Source of the DNA: a virus
Reading direction: 5' to 3' (one strand)
DNA: 64,000 nucleotides
IMG/VR virus record: IMGVR_UViG_3300028182_000001
Location: 64,001-128,000 of that record
The notes beneath the pieces were generated by a model that was not told where the DNA came from, did no database searches, and worked only from the letters and a program-made list of their open reading frames with translations. Made by a program: the position numbers and the translations under genes. Positions 8,943 to 19,131 of this stretch are shown piece by piece (position 1 is the stretch's first letter; every line of letters begins with the position of its first letter).

Positions 8943-11900
8943 TTGGCAGATATCATTGATTTAAGCGGTATGCCGTATAATGACCGATTCGATTCTAAGA
9001 AAGGTCGCTCTAAGGCTCTCTTCCGTTCTGACAGACCATTACAACAAGCAGAACTAAATGAGATACAATCTATCGCAGAAGATAACTTAAAACGACTTGG
9101 GGATCGTGTATTCTCTGATGGTAACATTCAGACGGGTATGGCATTCACATTTGACAACGCAGAAACAAAAACAAAGATTACGGTAGAAGATGGTTTGCTT
9201 TATCTAGCAGGAAAGATTCGACCATTCCATAAACAAACAATCCCGTTCACAGGTGTAGGACGAGAAAACATCGGTGTAAAAGTAGTACAGAAAATCGTTA
9301 CATACAATGACGACCCTACACTACTAGACCAAACACAGAACGCACCTAGCTATCTATCTCCTGGTGCAGACCGTTTAGAGGAGCAAGTTGTACTAACGTA
9401 TAACGATGATAGCACAACTATGATTTACCGTTTTGATGATGGTAAGCTATTCATCGAACCGAACCGTCCCGAGTTCTCAGGTATCATCGAAATGATCGCT
9501 CAACGTGACAAAGAGACTTTAGGCTCATATCAAGCAGAAGGTTTCAACATGTGGACAGAGAAAGGTAGAACTCCTGACACGATTGACGCAGTTATTGATG
9601 CAGGTATTGCTTACGTAAATGGCTATCGTATCCACAAGCCTACGGCAACTCGTGTAGCAATCAAAAAGTCTAAAGACTTCCGTACCATCATCCAAGAAGG
9701 AAGCACATACAGTTCTTCAAAAGGTAAGATTACTGTAGGTAGTATCTTCGTAAAACAAGTAAACAATGTCGTAGGGCGTACTGACAGTCCTGCTGGTGGC
9801 GTTCAGCTATCAAAAGGTGTGTTAGATGGTCGAGACCCGTTACCAGCTCAATACACAAACGTAGACGCTTCTAAATTGACTGTGTACGTAGGAGCTAAGG
9901 TGTATGTGCAAGGGAAAGATTACGCACTTGTGCAAGACAGTGGTGTTCAGTACATTGACTGGAAAGGTAATCTTAATGGTGAGGAGCCTACACCAGGAAC
10001 AACTTACTTCTTGACATTCGAGTATGACCGAGTAATGAAAGCAGGTACGGACTACAAGGTTGTTAGTACACCATTAGGTGACACGATTCCTGGTTCAACT
10101 ACTGAAGTAGACTTTAACGTTGCAGGTGGAGTGAAACCGAAAGATAATGGTACGATCCGTGTGGATTACGATTACTACTTATCCCGAGAAGATATCGTGA
10201 CACTAGATGTTACAGGTAACTTTACCGTAGTGGAAGGGCAGCCTGACCGTGAAGGTCTAACAAAGCAACCTGAAAACCGTGACCCATTAACACTGAAAAT
10301 CGGTAACGTACACGTATTCCCATTCTCTGACTTTGCAGAAGCGAAGAACACTGCTGTTATGCGTTTACGTATGGAAGACTTGCAGAGAATGAAAACTCGT
10401 CTAGAGAACGTTGAATACAACCAAGCTATGATACTACTAGAAAAGCAAGCAACGAAAACACAAGACCCGTTAACATTGCGTGGTGTATTCGCAGACCCAT
10501 TCACAGACTTCTCTAAAATGGACTCAGCTATTTCAACTGTAGCCTTCTCGTTCGATGATGCTACTATTACGATCCCAACAAAAACTCCTGATGACCAAAA
10601 GGTTAAACCTAAGTTCATGGAGAACGAGTCCGTAGCAAACTCATGGGGCCGCTTAGTAACTGCACCATTCAAAGAGATTAAGGAGATTAGCCAACCACTA
10701 GCTACAGAAGCATGGAACGTTAACCCGTACATGGTTTATAACAAGCAAGGTGTACTAAAGTTAACTCCTGAAACGGATAACTGGATTGACGAGCAACGTG
10801 TAACATTGTACGAAGAAGACCATGTTACAACGAACCTAAACCGTTGGTGGATGCACCAAGGAGAGGGAGACCCAGGTGGAATCGTTAGTGACTGGAACAA
10901 AGAGTTAATCGACAAGACACAACTTGAGGGTGGCATTCAGTGGAATGAATCTTCTATCGGTTGGAGAGAGAAACAAGAAGGTTCGTTTTGGTCTTCTGCC
11001 CAAACTACTCGTAATGAAGTTATTGAATACATGCGTCAGATTGAAGTCGGATTTAGCGCAACAAACTTGAAGCCGAACGAGAACAACTTGTTCCTAACAT
11101 TCGATGGTAATAGAGTTGCAGTTAAACCTACAGGAGCTACGGCACCAGGTAGTGACGCAGGTACAGTTCGTTCTAACGCACAAGGGGAAGCTACAGGTAC
11201 GTTCATCATCCCTACAGGTGTTAGAACAGGTACACGAGAAGCTACACTACAGAATGCGAATAACCAAGCTACGGCTACATTCACTGCTCAAGGTTCTGCT
11301 AAGATTACGACAGATACGATTACAAGAACTCGTGTAACGTTCAACCTGTACGATCCATTAGCTCAATCGTTTGCATTCCCACAAGCCCGTGTAATCACTA
11401 GCGTAGGAGTTTACTTCGGTTCTAAGTCTACTAAAGATAATATCATCATGCAAGTTCGTGGATTATCTGAAGGTGGTTTACCAAACCGTACGATTTATGC
11501 CGAGCGTGTATTAACTCCTGACAAAGTTATCGTTTCTGCCGATGCTTCTAAGGAAACGAAGATTGCTCTTGACGATCCGTTAATGGTTCAACCAGGGGAA
11601 AGCTACTGTATCGTGTTCATTACGGACAGTGCCGATTACACTATGTGGTGCGCTAAAATGGGACAAAAAACATTAGGTGACAACCCGCAAACTGTAATCT
11701 CTAACCCGTATGTAAACGGTGTGTTATTCAGTTCTTCAAACGCAGTATCTTGGACAGTACACCAAGAAACAGATATGAAGTTTAATATCTACACTGCTGA
11801 GTTCGAAGAAGAAGGTATCATCGAGTTCGATACAATGACGAACATTGACTCTAACGGTATCCTGTTAATGGCTTCTTACTTAACACCTGCTAACACGGGT

Positions 11901-12437
11901 TGTATTTGGGAAGTTAAAGTCGTCAATGCTTCAGATGTTGGAACTGTATCTATTGATAGTGTACCGTGGATGCCATTGGTAAACTACGCAGGTATTGAAA
12001 CACCGTTCGTAGTAGGTCTAGCTAAGTTACGTGCTCGATTCAAGTCGAACCGTTACATCTCTCCAATGCTTGTACTTGATGATTTACTATTCGTAAACTT
12101 CGTTAGTGCAACTAAAGGTGAGTATGTATCTAAGACGGTTGACCAATCAGTAGCTCCATTCAATCAGATTACACTTTCATACGATTCAGCAGCTCCTGCT
12201 GGTACTCGTGTTAAACCTTACTACTCGTTAGACCAAGGGGCAACATGGAAAGAGTTCACAAAGGCTCCAACTACTACGAAGAGATCAGCAGAGTTTACTC
12301 GCTATACTTACGTAGAAAGACAAGCAGGATCAGCAGTAGAGATTTCGATTAAGTATAAACTGGTACTTGAAGGAGATAACCGATTCGTACGTCCGAGAGT
12401 GAGACAGTTAACTGGTATGACTACGGACGCAATCTAA
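8943..12437 (+). CDS. Large baseplate/adsorption protein (DUF4815-like)
   Basis: PYNDRFD...LFR..RPLQQAELNEIQS, PGADRL, DPLAQSF motifs; 1164 aa; last large gene of the tail module. Confidence 0.8.
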   Translation: MADIIDLSGMPYNDRFDSKKGRSKALFRSDRPLQQAELNEIQSIAEDNLKRLGDRVFSDGNIQTGMAFTFDNAETKTKITVEDGLLYLAGKIRPFHKQTIPFTGVGRENIGVKVVQKIVTYNDDPTLLDQTQNAPSYLSPGADRLEEQVVLTYNDDSTTMIYRFDDGKLFIEPNRPEFSGIIEMIAQRDKETLGSYQAEGFNMWTEKGRTPDTIDAVIDAGIAYVNGYRIHKPTATRVAIKKSKDFRTIIQEGSTYSSSKGKITVGSIFVKQVNNVVGRTDSPAGGVQLSKGVLDGRDPLPAQYTNVDASKLTVYVGAKVYVQGKDYALVQDSGVQYIDWKGNLNGEEPTPGTTYFLTFEYDRVMKAGTDYKVVSTPLGDTIPGSTTEVDFNVAGGVKPKDNGTIRVDYDYYLSREDIVTLDVTGNFTVVEGQPDREGLTKQPENRDPLTLKIGNVHVFPFSDFAEAKNTAVMRLRMEDLQRMKTRLENVEYNQAMILLEKQATKTQDPLTLRGVFADPFTDFSKMDSAISTVAFSFDDATITIPTKTPDDQKVKPKFMENESVANSWGRLVTAPFKEIKEISQPLATEAWNVNPYMVYNKQGVLKLTPETDNWIDEQRVTLYEEDHVTTNLNRWWMHQGEGDPGGIVSDWNKELIDKTQLEGGIQWNESSIGWREKQEGSFWSSAQTTRNEVIEYMRQIEVGFSATNLKPNENNLFLTFDGNRVAVKPTGATAPGSDAGTVRSNAQGEATGTFIIPTGVRTGTREATLQNANNQATATFTAQGSAKITTDTITRTRVTFNLYDPLAQSFAFPQARVITSVGVYFGSKSTKDNIIMQVRGLSEGGLPNRTIYAERVLTPDKVIVSADASKETKIALDDPLMVQPGESYCIVFITDSADYTMWCAKMGQKTLGDNPQTVISNPYVNGVLFSSSNAVSWTVHQETDMKFNIYTAEFEEEGIIEFDTMTNIDSNGILLMASYLTPANTGCIWEVKVVNASDVGTVSIDSVPWMPLVNYAGIETPFVVGLAKLRARFKSNRYISPMLVLDDLLFVNFVSATKGEYVSKTVDQSVAPFNQITLSYDSAAPAGTRVKPYYSLDQGATWKEFTKAPTTTKRSAEFTRYTYVERQAGSAVEISIKYKLVLEGDNRFVRPRVRQLTGMTTDAI

Positions 12438-12449
12438 GGAGGGAAATAT

Positions 12450-12641
12450 ATGCCAACAGAACATCGTTGTCCAAACTCAGGGGCGTTAGTATTCGTCCCT
12501 ACTTCCTCTGAAAAATCTACAATCCAAATTGCTAGGGAGTTTAAATCTAGTAAAGCGGAACTTGATAAGAAGCTTGAAGATGTGGATAAGTTAAAAGAGG
12601 AACTACTGGTTTTGATTGCTAAAGCTAAAGAAGAAAAATAG
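12450..12641 (+). CDS. Small hypothetical protein
   Basis: AAGGAGG RBS; 63 aa with C-terminal coiled coil. Confidence 0.7.
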   Translation: MPTEHRCPNSGALVFVPTSSEKSTIQIAREFKSSKAELDKKLEDVDKLKEELLVLIAKAKEEK

Positions 12642-12645
12642 ACAT

Positions 12646-12680
12646 AAAAAAAAGAAGAGGTGTTGATAGCACCTCTTTTT
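12646..12680. terminator. Bidirectional intrinsic terminator
   Basis: A-run, AAGAGGTG-ttgatag-CACCTCTT, then T-run; U-tracts on both strands. Confidence 0.8.
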
Positions 12681-12765
12681 AATTTGCCCTTATTTAATAT
12701 GTGAGTCCGTATTTGGGAAATGGAAGATAATAAGGACGGTTGTGTGAATTGTGGATGCAATCACA
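12646..12765 (-). ncRNA. Candidate ~120 nt small RNA
   Basis: Bounded by the leftward promoter and the bidirectional terminator; no RBS-led ORF; pyrimidine-rich tract UCCUUAUUAUCUUCCAUUUCCC. Confidence 0.4.
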
Positions 12766-12770
12766 AGTAA

Positions 12771-12800
12771 AGTATACTTGAGCAATGGACAACTTGTCAA
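12771..12800 (-). promoter_or_regulatory. Leftward sigmaA-type promoter
   Basis: Minus strand reads TTGACA-18 nt-TATACT. Confidence 0.65.
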
Positions 12801-12820
12801 CCACTTTTGTATATAGTTAT

Positions 12821-13068
12821 TTTTGACATATTTTAAACCGTTGTAAATAAAGGATTCTTGACTAAATAGTACACTTTTTTGTCCTATTTAAATTTTAACC
12901 TGATACGTATATTATTATTTAAATATATTTAATTAACACTAATATATAATATAAATAATAATTAATTATATATATATATACAGACCAGTTATAAATTAAA
13001 TGTGACTATATTCAAGTTGGAAAGTATGATAATCCCTTACGTATCAAGGGTTTAAAATATGACAGAAA
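12821..13068. repeat. Long imperfect inverted repeat around an extremely AT-rich core; candidate replication origin
   Basis: Perfect 13 bp arms CATATTTTAAACC (12827-12839) / GGTTTAAAATATG (13049-13061), nested weaker arms, and a nearly pure A/T core at ~12908-12980. Confidence 0.6.
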
Positions 13069-13092
13069 TTTAAAATAAGGTGGTGTATTCAA

Positions 13093-13121
13093 TTGCTCAC
13101 ACTGTAGTCTTATGGTAAAAT
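13093..13121 (+). promoter_or_regulatory. sigmaA-type promoter of the replication block
   Basis: TTGCTC-17-TAAAAT with extended -10 TG. Confidence 0.55.
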
Positions 13122-13160
13122 AGAGACATGGATATAAACTAAATCTCAAGGAGGAATATT

Positions 13161-13445
13161 ATGGATTTAAAAGGTGGGCTTAATATGTACACTTTCTTTG
13201 TCGCAGGTGAAGGACTATATAAACAAACTAGGTATGGTTCAGATGAGTCTCCATTAGGACGTAAAGTAAAATACCTTAACAGAGGTGGATGGGACGGAGA
13301 TACTGAGAGAGCTAACCAATACTTTAGCGAAGGTGAGATTTTAACAGTTAAAGAGATTTACGTTGGACGCTCAAGTTCCGAAGTAGAATTTACGGAACAT
13401 CCAGGTAAAAAGTTTAATACAGTAATGTTTGAAGATATCAAATAA
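13161..13445 (+). CDS. Hypothetical protein
   Basis: AAGGAGG RBS, 94 aa. Confidence 0.7.
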   Translation: MDLKGGLNMYTFFVAGEGLYKQTRYGSDESPLGRKVKYLNRGGWDGDTERANQYFSEGEILTVKEIYVGRSSSEVEFTEHPGKKFNTVMFEDIK

Positions 13446-13466
13446 CGAAAGGATGTAATTGAATAC

Positions 13467-15239
13467 ATGAAAGTTACAGTAGACATTATGTACACGAGTG
13501 TTGACTTTGCTGGTGACACCCTTTTACAAGAAAAGGTTCACGACATGATGCACTTAGCGATGGGGGTTAAAGAAGAAGGTGCGTTCCATTCCCGAGCATA
13601 CAAGTCAGGTCACTGGGATGGGATAACTGATTTCTACGACAAGAAAGAGGACAAGTTCCATACAGGGTTACTACCTCAATTCCTTGACGGTATGAGAGCA
13701 TTGAAGAATCAATATACGAACCTCGCATACGAGATTGATGACATAAGACCTCCTCAATTGATGCACCACGACAGTATGGATGAGAAGATTGTACTGGGCA
13801 ACGGTGATAAAGACCCTATTACTCTACGTGAATATCAATACAATGCAGTAAAGAAAGCATTAGAGTCTCAAGTACAAATTCTGAATCTTGCGACAAATGC
13901 AGGTAAAACGGAATGTGCTTCAGGGATTATGCAACAATTGCTACCACACATCAAACGTGGAGAACGTATTGCATTCTTCTGTAACTCACGAGAGATTTTC
14001 CACCAAGGTTCTGAACGTGTAAGTAAACGTTTGAATCTACGAGAGAAGGATATCGGTAAGATTGGTGACGGTAAATTCGACATCAAGAACAAGAAAGTCG
14101 TATTCGTAATGGTACCGACATTAGCAAGTGCATTGAAAGACCCGAAAAAGGGACTAAGCTTTACACCGAAGGAACGAGTCGTGAAGTTCATCGCAGAAGA
14201 GATTGTTCCGAAATTCAAAAACACTGCTAACACGAGACACCTAATGCGTAACTTTATCAAGAACTGTACACTGGATACACGAGTATGGAAGGACGCAGAG
14301 GAGCAGCTAATGTACATTGCGTACGATAACAAGTTCACTGATAAGTCTGCCCAAATGCAGTTGAATAAATACATAGTCGAGTTCGACAAAATCATGCAGA
14401 AGAAGAACAAGAAGAAGTACACGAAGTACAAAGAAGTTGAAGAGTTCATGGATTCCGTTCGAGTAGCGATCCAAGACGAAGCGCACGAAATCAATGGTGC
14501 CACTATATTCGACACTATATCTCGATTACCGAATGCACAGTACCGTATTGCATTAACAGGTACAGTAGACCAAAAGAATAAAATGCTTTGGCAACGTATG
14601 CAGTGTGTTTACGGTAACGACTTATTCAAGGTATCGAACGATTACTTAATCGAGCAGGGTGTATCGTCTCGACCAGTCATTCGTTTGTTCCCGATTAAGG
14701 AGCCGAGAGGTATTGAATTAGCAGATACATACTTAGAAGCGTACAAGCTAGGTATTGCCGAGAACGATTATCGTAATACAGTCATTGCGAAATGTGCTAG
14801 TTGGTACGTGAAGAACAAACCAGGTGGGGTACTAATATCTGTAAACCACATCGAACATGGTCTCAGAGTACAACAGATTTTGAAAGAGCAGTTCGAACTA
14901 GAAAGCGACTTTACAAACGGTAGTTTACATATGGATGACCGAAACGAATACTTACGAAGATTTAGTACAGGTGAATCAAAGATATTAATTGCTTCTAGTA
15001 TCCTTGACCAAGGGGTAGACATTCAGTCTATCGGAATGCTCCTTATGTCGGGGGGAGGTAAAAGCTTACGTGTAAACTTACAACGGATCGGTCGTGGATT
15101 ACGTCTAAACGGTATAGACGGTAATACAGTGCAGGTGTTCGATTTCTTCGACATGACACACAAGTACCTGTTAGAGCACAGTAAGGAACGATTAAAGATT
15201 TACAAAAACGAGAATTTTGACGTTCGGGTTATGGAATAG
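13467..15239 (+). CDS. Superfamily 2 (DEAH, UvsW-like) DNA helicase
   Basis: LREYQ, ATNAGKT (Walker A), DEAH, LTGT, QRIGRGLR motifs. Confidence 0.92.
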   Translation: MKVTVDIMYTSVDFAGDTLLQEKVHDMMHLAMGVKEEGAFHSRAYKSGHWDGITDFYDKKEDKFHTGLLPQFLDGMRALKNQYTNLAYEIDDIRPPQLMHHDSMDEKIVLGNGDKDPITLREYQYNAVKKALESQVQILNLATNAGKTECASGIMQQLLPHIKRGERIAFFCNSREIFHQGSERVSKRLNLREKDIGKIGDGKFDIKNKKVVFVMVPTLASALKDPKKGLSFTPKERVVKFIAEEIVPKFKNTANTRHLMRNFIKNCTLDTRVWKDAEEQLMYIAYDNKFTDKSAQMQLNKYIVEFDKIMQKKNKKKYTKYKEVEEFMDSVRVAIQDEAHEINGATIFDTISRLPNAQYRIALTGTVDQKNKMLWQRMQCVYGNDLFKVSNDYLIEQGVSSRPVIRLFPIKEPRGIELADTYLEAYKLGIAENDYRNTVIAKCASWYVKNKPGGVLISVNHIEHGLRVQQILKEQFELESDFTNGSLHMDDRNEYLRRFSTGESKILIASSILDQGVDIQSIGMLLMSGGGKSLRVNLQRIGRGLRLNGIDGNTVQVFDFFDMTHKYLLEHSKERLKIYKNENFDVRVME

Positions 15240-15249
15240 AATTTAGATA

Positions 15250-15277
15250 TTGAAATCGTTATAGTATGTGTTATACT
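15250..15277 (+). promoter_or_regulatory. sigmaA-type promoter
   Basis: TTGAAA-16-TATACT with TG. Confidence 0.5.
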
Positions 15278-15317
15278 GTAGTTACAAAGCAAGCGCAATA
15301 CACAAGGAGGAGAACCA

Positions 15318-16991
15318 ATGGAGTGCGGAGTTTACTTAGAATCGTCAGTAGTGGGTATCAAGCCTAGAGTACTAGATTTTCTAACAAAGTTAGTTGATAA
15401 AGCAAAACAGGTGAGTGATTATGCTATCTCATTCACAAAGAAAGAACTGTCTAGTGATATGGGACAGGACATACGAACAACTCATCGTTACTTACAGGAG
15501 TTGGAAAGTAAAAAAATTATCGAGTTAAAAGCGAAGAGAGGACGTGGGGGTGGAACAGTAATCATGTTCAACCCTGCTCTTATTCGTTTTGAAACATCGG
15601 ACAAAGCACTCATCAATTCAGAGGAGCGTGTAACCATTGAAGATGTTTTAGAAGAGAAGCTGCCGAAAAAGCAGAAGGAACCAAAAGAGAAAAAACGTAA
15701 TCGTAGAACAAAGCAACAACTATTCGAAGCGCAACTTCTACGTTCCGAGAAACAAAAGAATCTTGATGAGGTAAACGATAAGTTAGAGGACATGGGTAAT
15801 CACCCAAACTGGGAGTTGTTCCAAGGTACAGATAACCCAGTTGGTAACTACCGTACATACTTAATCACTCGTTTATACAATCGTTATGCAGTGCTATTTA
15901 CAGATAAGCACAACTTTAATATTGCAAACGGATTAGAAGAAGGGAATGCAGTTCCTACAGTAAGCAGTGGGTACGATGTATTACCTGAACGATTCTTCGG
16001 ATCGTCACGTTGGCAACAATTTGAAAAGTTCCGTGAGTTCTGCGAAGAAGGGGACATCGACCCTGCCGTATACTTATCTGCACAGTTCAACCGTTCTATC
16101 TTCGACAGCTCTCGTAAAGGGAACAAGAAGATGCTACCATTCACGAACGCATTAATGGGTGATACTTCTTACGATGTGTACAAGCAATACTGCTCATACC
16201 AAAAATCGTACAGTGGCTCATTCAAAGTATATCATGAGTACAAAGCGAAGTTTATGAATGACTTTGTAGTTGTAGCTATCCGTGATGCTTACGAGCACGC
16301 TGAAAAAGGAACAGGTTTACTGCAATACGGTACATCAATTAAAGAGTTCTTACGTGGAGACTTCGCAGATGACAGAGCAGATGCTTTAGTTGATTTCTAC
16401 GATATGACTAGTGAGAATCTTGTAAACAAGAAAGTATCGTTTAAAACTCGTAACACGATTAAGAAGTTCCTTGTGTTACAGTCATTAATGCAACTAGAAG
16501 GGGAGCAAGTACTTCCTCGTTATGTAATCCTTGGTTCTGAAATGGCACAAATTGCGTTAGCATCTGTTAACGACCCGTCTAAGAGCAGAGAACAAGTTCG
16601 TGAAATTAGAGAGTTCATCTTAGGTGCTCTTGTAATGCCAAATGCTACAAAAGAAAACCAAAAGAAACTTGGGTTAGACCTATACTACGAGATGGTTGCC
16701 CTCCACGAAACTCGAAACGTATTACAACTGATTGCAGAAAGAAAAGGATTGGCGTTGACATTAGCCGACCTTCGTGAAGCATTCGTTGAGTACGGTAAAG
16801 AGAAGATTCCAGTAGACGATTTCTCAATGTTAGACATTACACAAGTTGTAAGTTTCATCAATAAGGAACAATCTTATCAAGACGTAGTAGACCACAAGGA
16901 AATTACGTCTAATAAAGATTGGGAGTTAGTAGGTAGCGTACAACCGAAAGCAGATATGGATAACTTGATTGCTAACTTCTTCGGATCGTAA
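15318..16991 (+). CDS. Winged-HTH DNA-binding protein (Herelleviridae Rep-like protein/regulator)
   Basis: FTKKELSSDMG.DIRTTHRYLQELE...KRGRGGGT wHTH; lies between the two helicases as in related phages. Confidence 0.65.
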   Translation: MECGVYLESSVVGIKPRVLDFLTKLVDKAKQVSDYAISFTKKELSSDMGQDIRTTHRYLQELESKKIIELKAKRGRGGGTVIMFNPALIRFETSDKALINSEERVTIEDVLEEKLPKKQKEPKEKKRNRRTKQQLFEAQLLRSEKQKNLDEVNDKLEDMGNHPNWELFQGTDNPVGNYRTYLITRLYNRYAVLFTDKHNFNIANGLEEGNAVPTVSSGYDVLPERFFGSSRWQQFEKFREFCEEGDIDPAVYLSAQFNRSIFDSSRKGNKKMLPFTNALMGDTSYDVYKQYCSYQKSYSGSFKVYHEYKAKFMNDFVVVAIRDAYEHAEKGTGLLQYGTSIKEFLRGDFADDRADALVDFYDMTSENLVNKKVSFKTRNTIKKFLVLQSLMQLEGEQVLPRYVILGSEMAQIALASVNDPSKSREQVREIREFILGALVMPNATKENQKKLGLDLYYEMVALHETRNVLQLIAERKGLALTLADLREAFVEYGKEKIPVDDFSMLDITQVVSFINKEQSYQDVVDHKEITSNKDWELVGSVQPKADMDNLIANFFGS

Positions 16992-17009
16992 GAAGAAGTT
17001 ACAGTCTTG

Positions 17010-17038
17010 TTTACAAAGTAGGACAAGCGTGATATACT
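17010..17038 (+). promoter_or_regulatory. sigmaA-type promoter
   Basis: TTTACA-17-TATACT with TG. Confidence 0.65.
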
Positions 17039-17069
17039 ACTTCACGAAGACAATAAGGAGGAGAAAGCG

Positions 17070-17303
17070 ATGAGTAGAAAGCAATCTTACAAAGGGCCGC
17101 AGTACAAGAAAAGACAGAGAGAGAAACTAGCTAATGAACTAGAGTTAGCTATCAAAAGAGTTTTAAACCAATTCGACATAGAAGATGTAAAAGAGGAAAA
17201 GCCTGAGTCTGAATGGACTATCCTTGACCACTACATAGCTGAATACGAAAAACAACAGTACGAGATGAAAGTAAATAGAACTTTGTGGGACATGAGGGGG
17301 TAG
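17070..17303 (+). CDS. Hypothetical protein
   Basis: AAGGAGG RBS, 77 aa. Confidence 0.7.
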   Translation: MSRKQSYKGPQYKKRQREKLANELELAIKRVLNQFDIEDVKEEKPESEWTILDHYIAEYEKQQYEMKVNRTLWDMRG

Positions 17304-17309
17304 TGGAAA

Positions 17310-18773
17310 ATGGAATCACCGATTATGACTCAAATATTACGTAAGGCAATCGAGAACCCAATCTTTGCGAAAGAGGTTCTTGCGGTGGCTCCCTTGACAG
17401 TGTTCGAGGGTTCACCTGCCTATACCGAGTTAGCTAGTATTGTTAAACGGTATTACCAAACGAACAACAAGCCTTTAACAGAAGATGCGTTACTTACATT
17501 GACGGAAGAGAAACTGGACCGCATGAAAAAGGACGCACTGACACAACAAGATTATTTTGGTAAGGTTCACTACTTATACGAGGTTCGTAACAGTGGGGAC
17601 AATGAAGTTATAGATGAGAAGATTGAAGAGTACGTACGTCAGAAGATGTCGATTGACCTTCTAACTAAGGCCGCAACGAACTTGAAGAATAAAGAGTTCC
17701 TAGAGAAGTTACCTGATGAATTTAAAAAGATTTTGATGCTAAACATTTCAGGTAAACGTAATGAAATCATCAACGTATTAGATGATGCAGAATATAAGCG
17801 TACATCATTAAGCACGTTATTCCAAAACATGATTCCAACTGGCTTTAAAGATATTGACCATCTAAACGGTGGTGGATTAGCCAAAGGGGAGTTAGGTTTA
17901 ATCGTAGCTGCTTCAGGTACAGGTAAAACATTAATCCTTACCAACCTAGCTACAAACTATACGAAGAATGGTTACAACGTATTGTTCATTGCATTAGAGG
18001 AATTAGAAAACCGAATGATTCTAAAGTTCGAACAATCGTTACTACGACAAAACAAAAGTACGATCCTTACAGGTAGTGTACTTAATAATGAGCAGTTCGA
18101 TAAGAGACAAGCTTTCATTCAACAACACCGTAAGCATTTCGGTAACTTGTACTTCGCTCGTTACTCTCCGCAAGCAGTTACACCTGCTAAGATTGAGCAG
18201 TTAATTTCTGACTTAATGATCCGTGAAGGAGTCCAAGTAGACGCAGTTGTTGTCGATTACCCTGAGTTACTTCGTAATCCACGTAGTTCAGGTAATGAAG
18301 CAGATGATGGTGGTAAACTATTTGAAGAGATGAGACGTATTGCCCAAGATTATAACGTGGTAATGTGGACGGCCGCACAGATGAACCGTACTGCATATTC
18401 TGCTTTAGTTCGTACTGCCGAGCACATGGAAGGTTCTCACCGTAAGAAGAATGCGGCCGAGCTTGTATTAACAGTTAACCAAACTCCTGAAGAGTATCAA
18501 GCAGGGTTCATTCGTCTATATGCGGATAAAGTACGTAACCCTCCTGAAGGACAGTATAATAGAATGCTAGGTTTCAAGGTTGTAGGTAGTGCCCAAACCG
18601 TACGAGACTTTGAAAGTGAGCAGGAGCGCAAGGAACATCAATATGTACTGGAAGCTGCCGATGAAGCACGAGAAGCAATGTTCAAGTCAAAGCGTAGGGA
18701 TGGTAAGGACAATACACCTAAGATTGACTACGCAGGTGAAATAAACCAAGCCTTACATAGTATGAGGGGGTAA
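17310..18773 (+). CDS. dnaB: DnaB-like replicative helicase
   Basis: IPTGF..ID...GGG...GEL, ASGTGKT Walker A, VVVDY, AAQMNR motifs. Confidence 0.92.
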   Translation: MESPIMTQILRKAIENPIFAKEVLAVAPLTVFEGSPAYTELASIVKRYYQTNNKPLTEDALLTLTEEKLDRMKKDALTQQDYFGKVHYLYEVRNSGDNEVIDEKIEEYVRQKMSIDLLTKAATNLKNKEFLEKLPDEFKKILMLNISGKRNEIINVLDDAEYKRTSLSTLFQNMIPTGFKDIDHLNGGGLAKGELGLIVAASGTGKTLILTNLATNYTKNGYNVLFIALEELENRMILKFEQSLLRQNKSTILTGSVLNNEQFDKRQAFIQQHRKHFGNLYFARYSPQAVTPAKIEQLISDLMIREGVQVDAVVVDYPELLRNPRSSGNEADDGGKLFEEMRRIAQDYNVVMWTAAQMNRTAYSALVRTAEHMEGSHRKKNAAELVLTVNQTPEEYQAGFIRLYADKVRNPPEGQYNRMLGFKVVGSAQTVRDFESEQERKEHQYVLEAADEAREAMFKSKRRDGKDNTPKIDYAGEINQALHSMRG

Positions 18774-18777
18774 GTGA

Positions 18778-19131
18778 ATGGACAATATAGCTATTGTAGT
18801 GGGTCACATATGGGACGATTACAAGATTGGTAAAGGTATAGAAATCATTTCAACGGCTAATGACGACTACTTAGGTACCGACATCTTTTGTGATATGGAG
18901 AATGCGTTACTGGATAACATTAACACAAACGGTGAAGAGGACTTCGACTTCATTGCAATTGTCAGAGCCAAACATGTTAAAAGCGAAGGTGGTTGGTGGG
19001 GTACCGAAGAGTGGGAATCCGAGTACGAAGTCCTACAGATTGACGATGACAACCTCCAAGAAGCAATCGACATCTACAACAAAGAGAAACGTGAAGAACC
19101 GACAATGGGGGACTTTAAACATGAATCCTAA
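18778..19131 (+). CDS. Acidic hypothetical protein
   Basis: 117 aa ORF coupled between dnaB and sbcD. Confidence 0.65.
   Translation: MDNIAIVVGHIWDDYKIGKGIEIISTANDDYLGTDIFCDMENALLDNINTNGEEDFDFIAIVRAKHVKSEGGWWGTEEWESEYEVLQIDDDNLQEAIDIYNKEKREEPTMGDFKHES

Noticed and set aside
12434-12760. Minus-strand 108 aa ORF downstream of the leftward promoter
   Set aside because: TTG start with no RBS, runs through the terminator and antisense to a real gene; an ncRNA reading fits better
14130-14460. Possible intein in the SF2 helicase
   Set aside because: The insertion lacks Cys/Ser start, His-Asn end and LAGLIDADG motifs; looks like a helical domain insertion
18890-19120. N-terminal extension of the SbcD ORF
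   Set aside because: Overlaps the 18778..19131 gene; nuclease motifs begin just after ATG 19121
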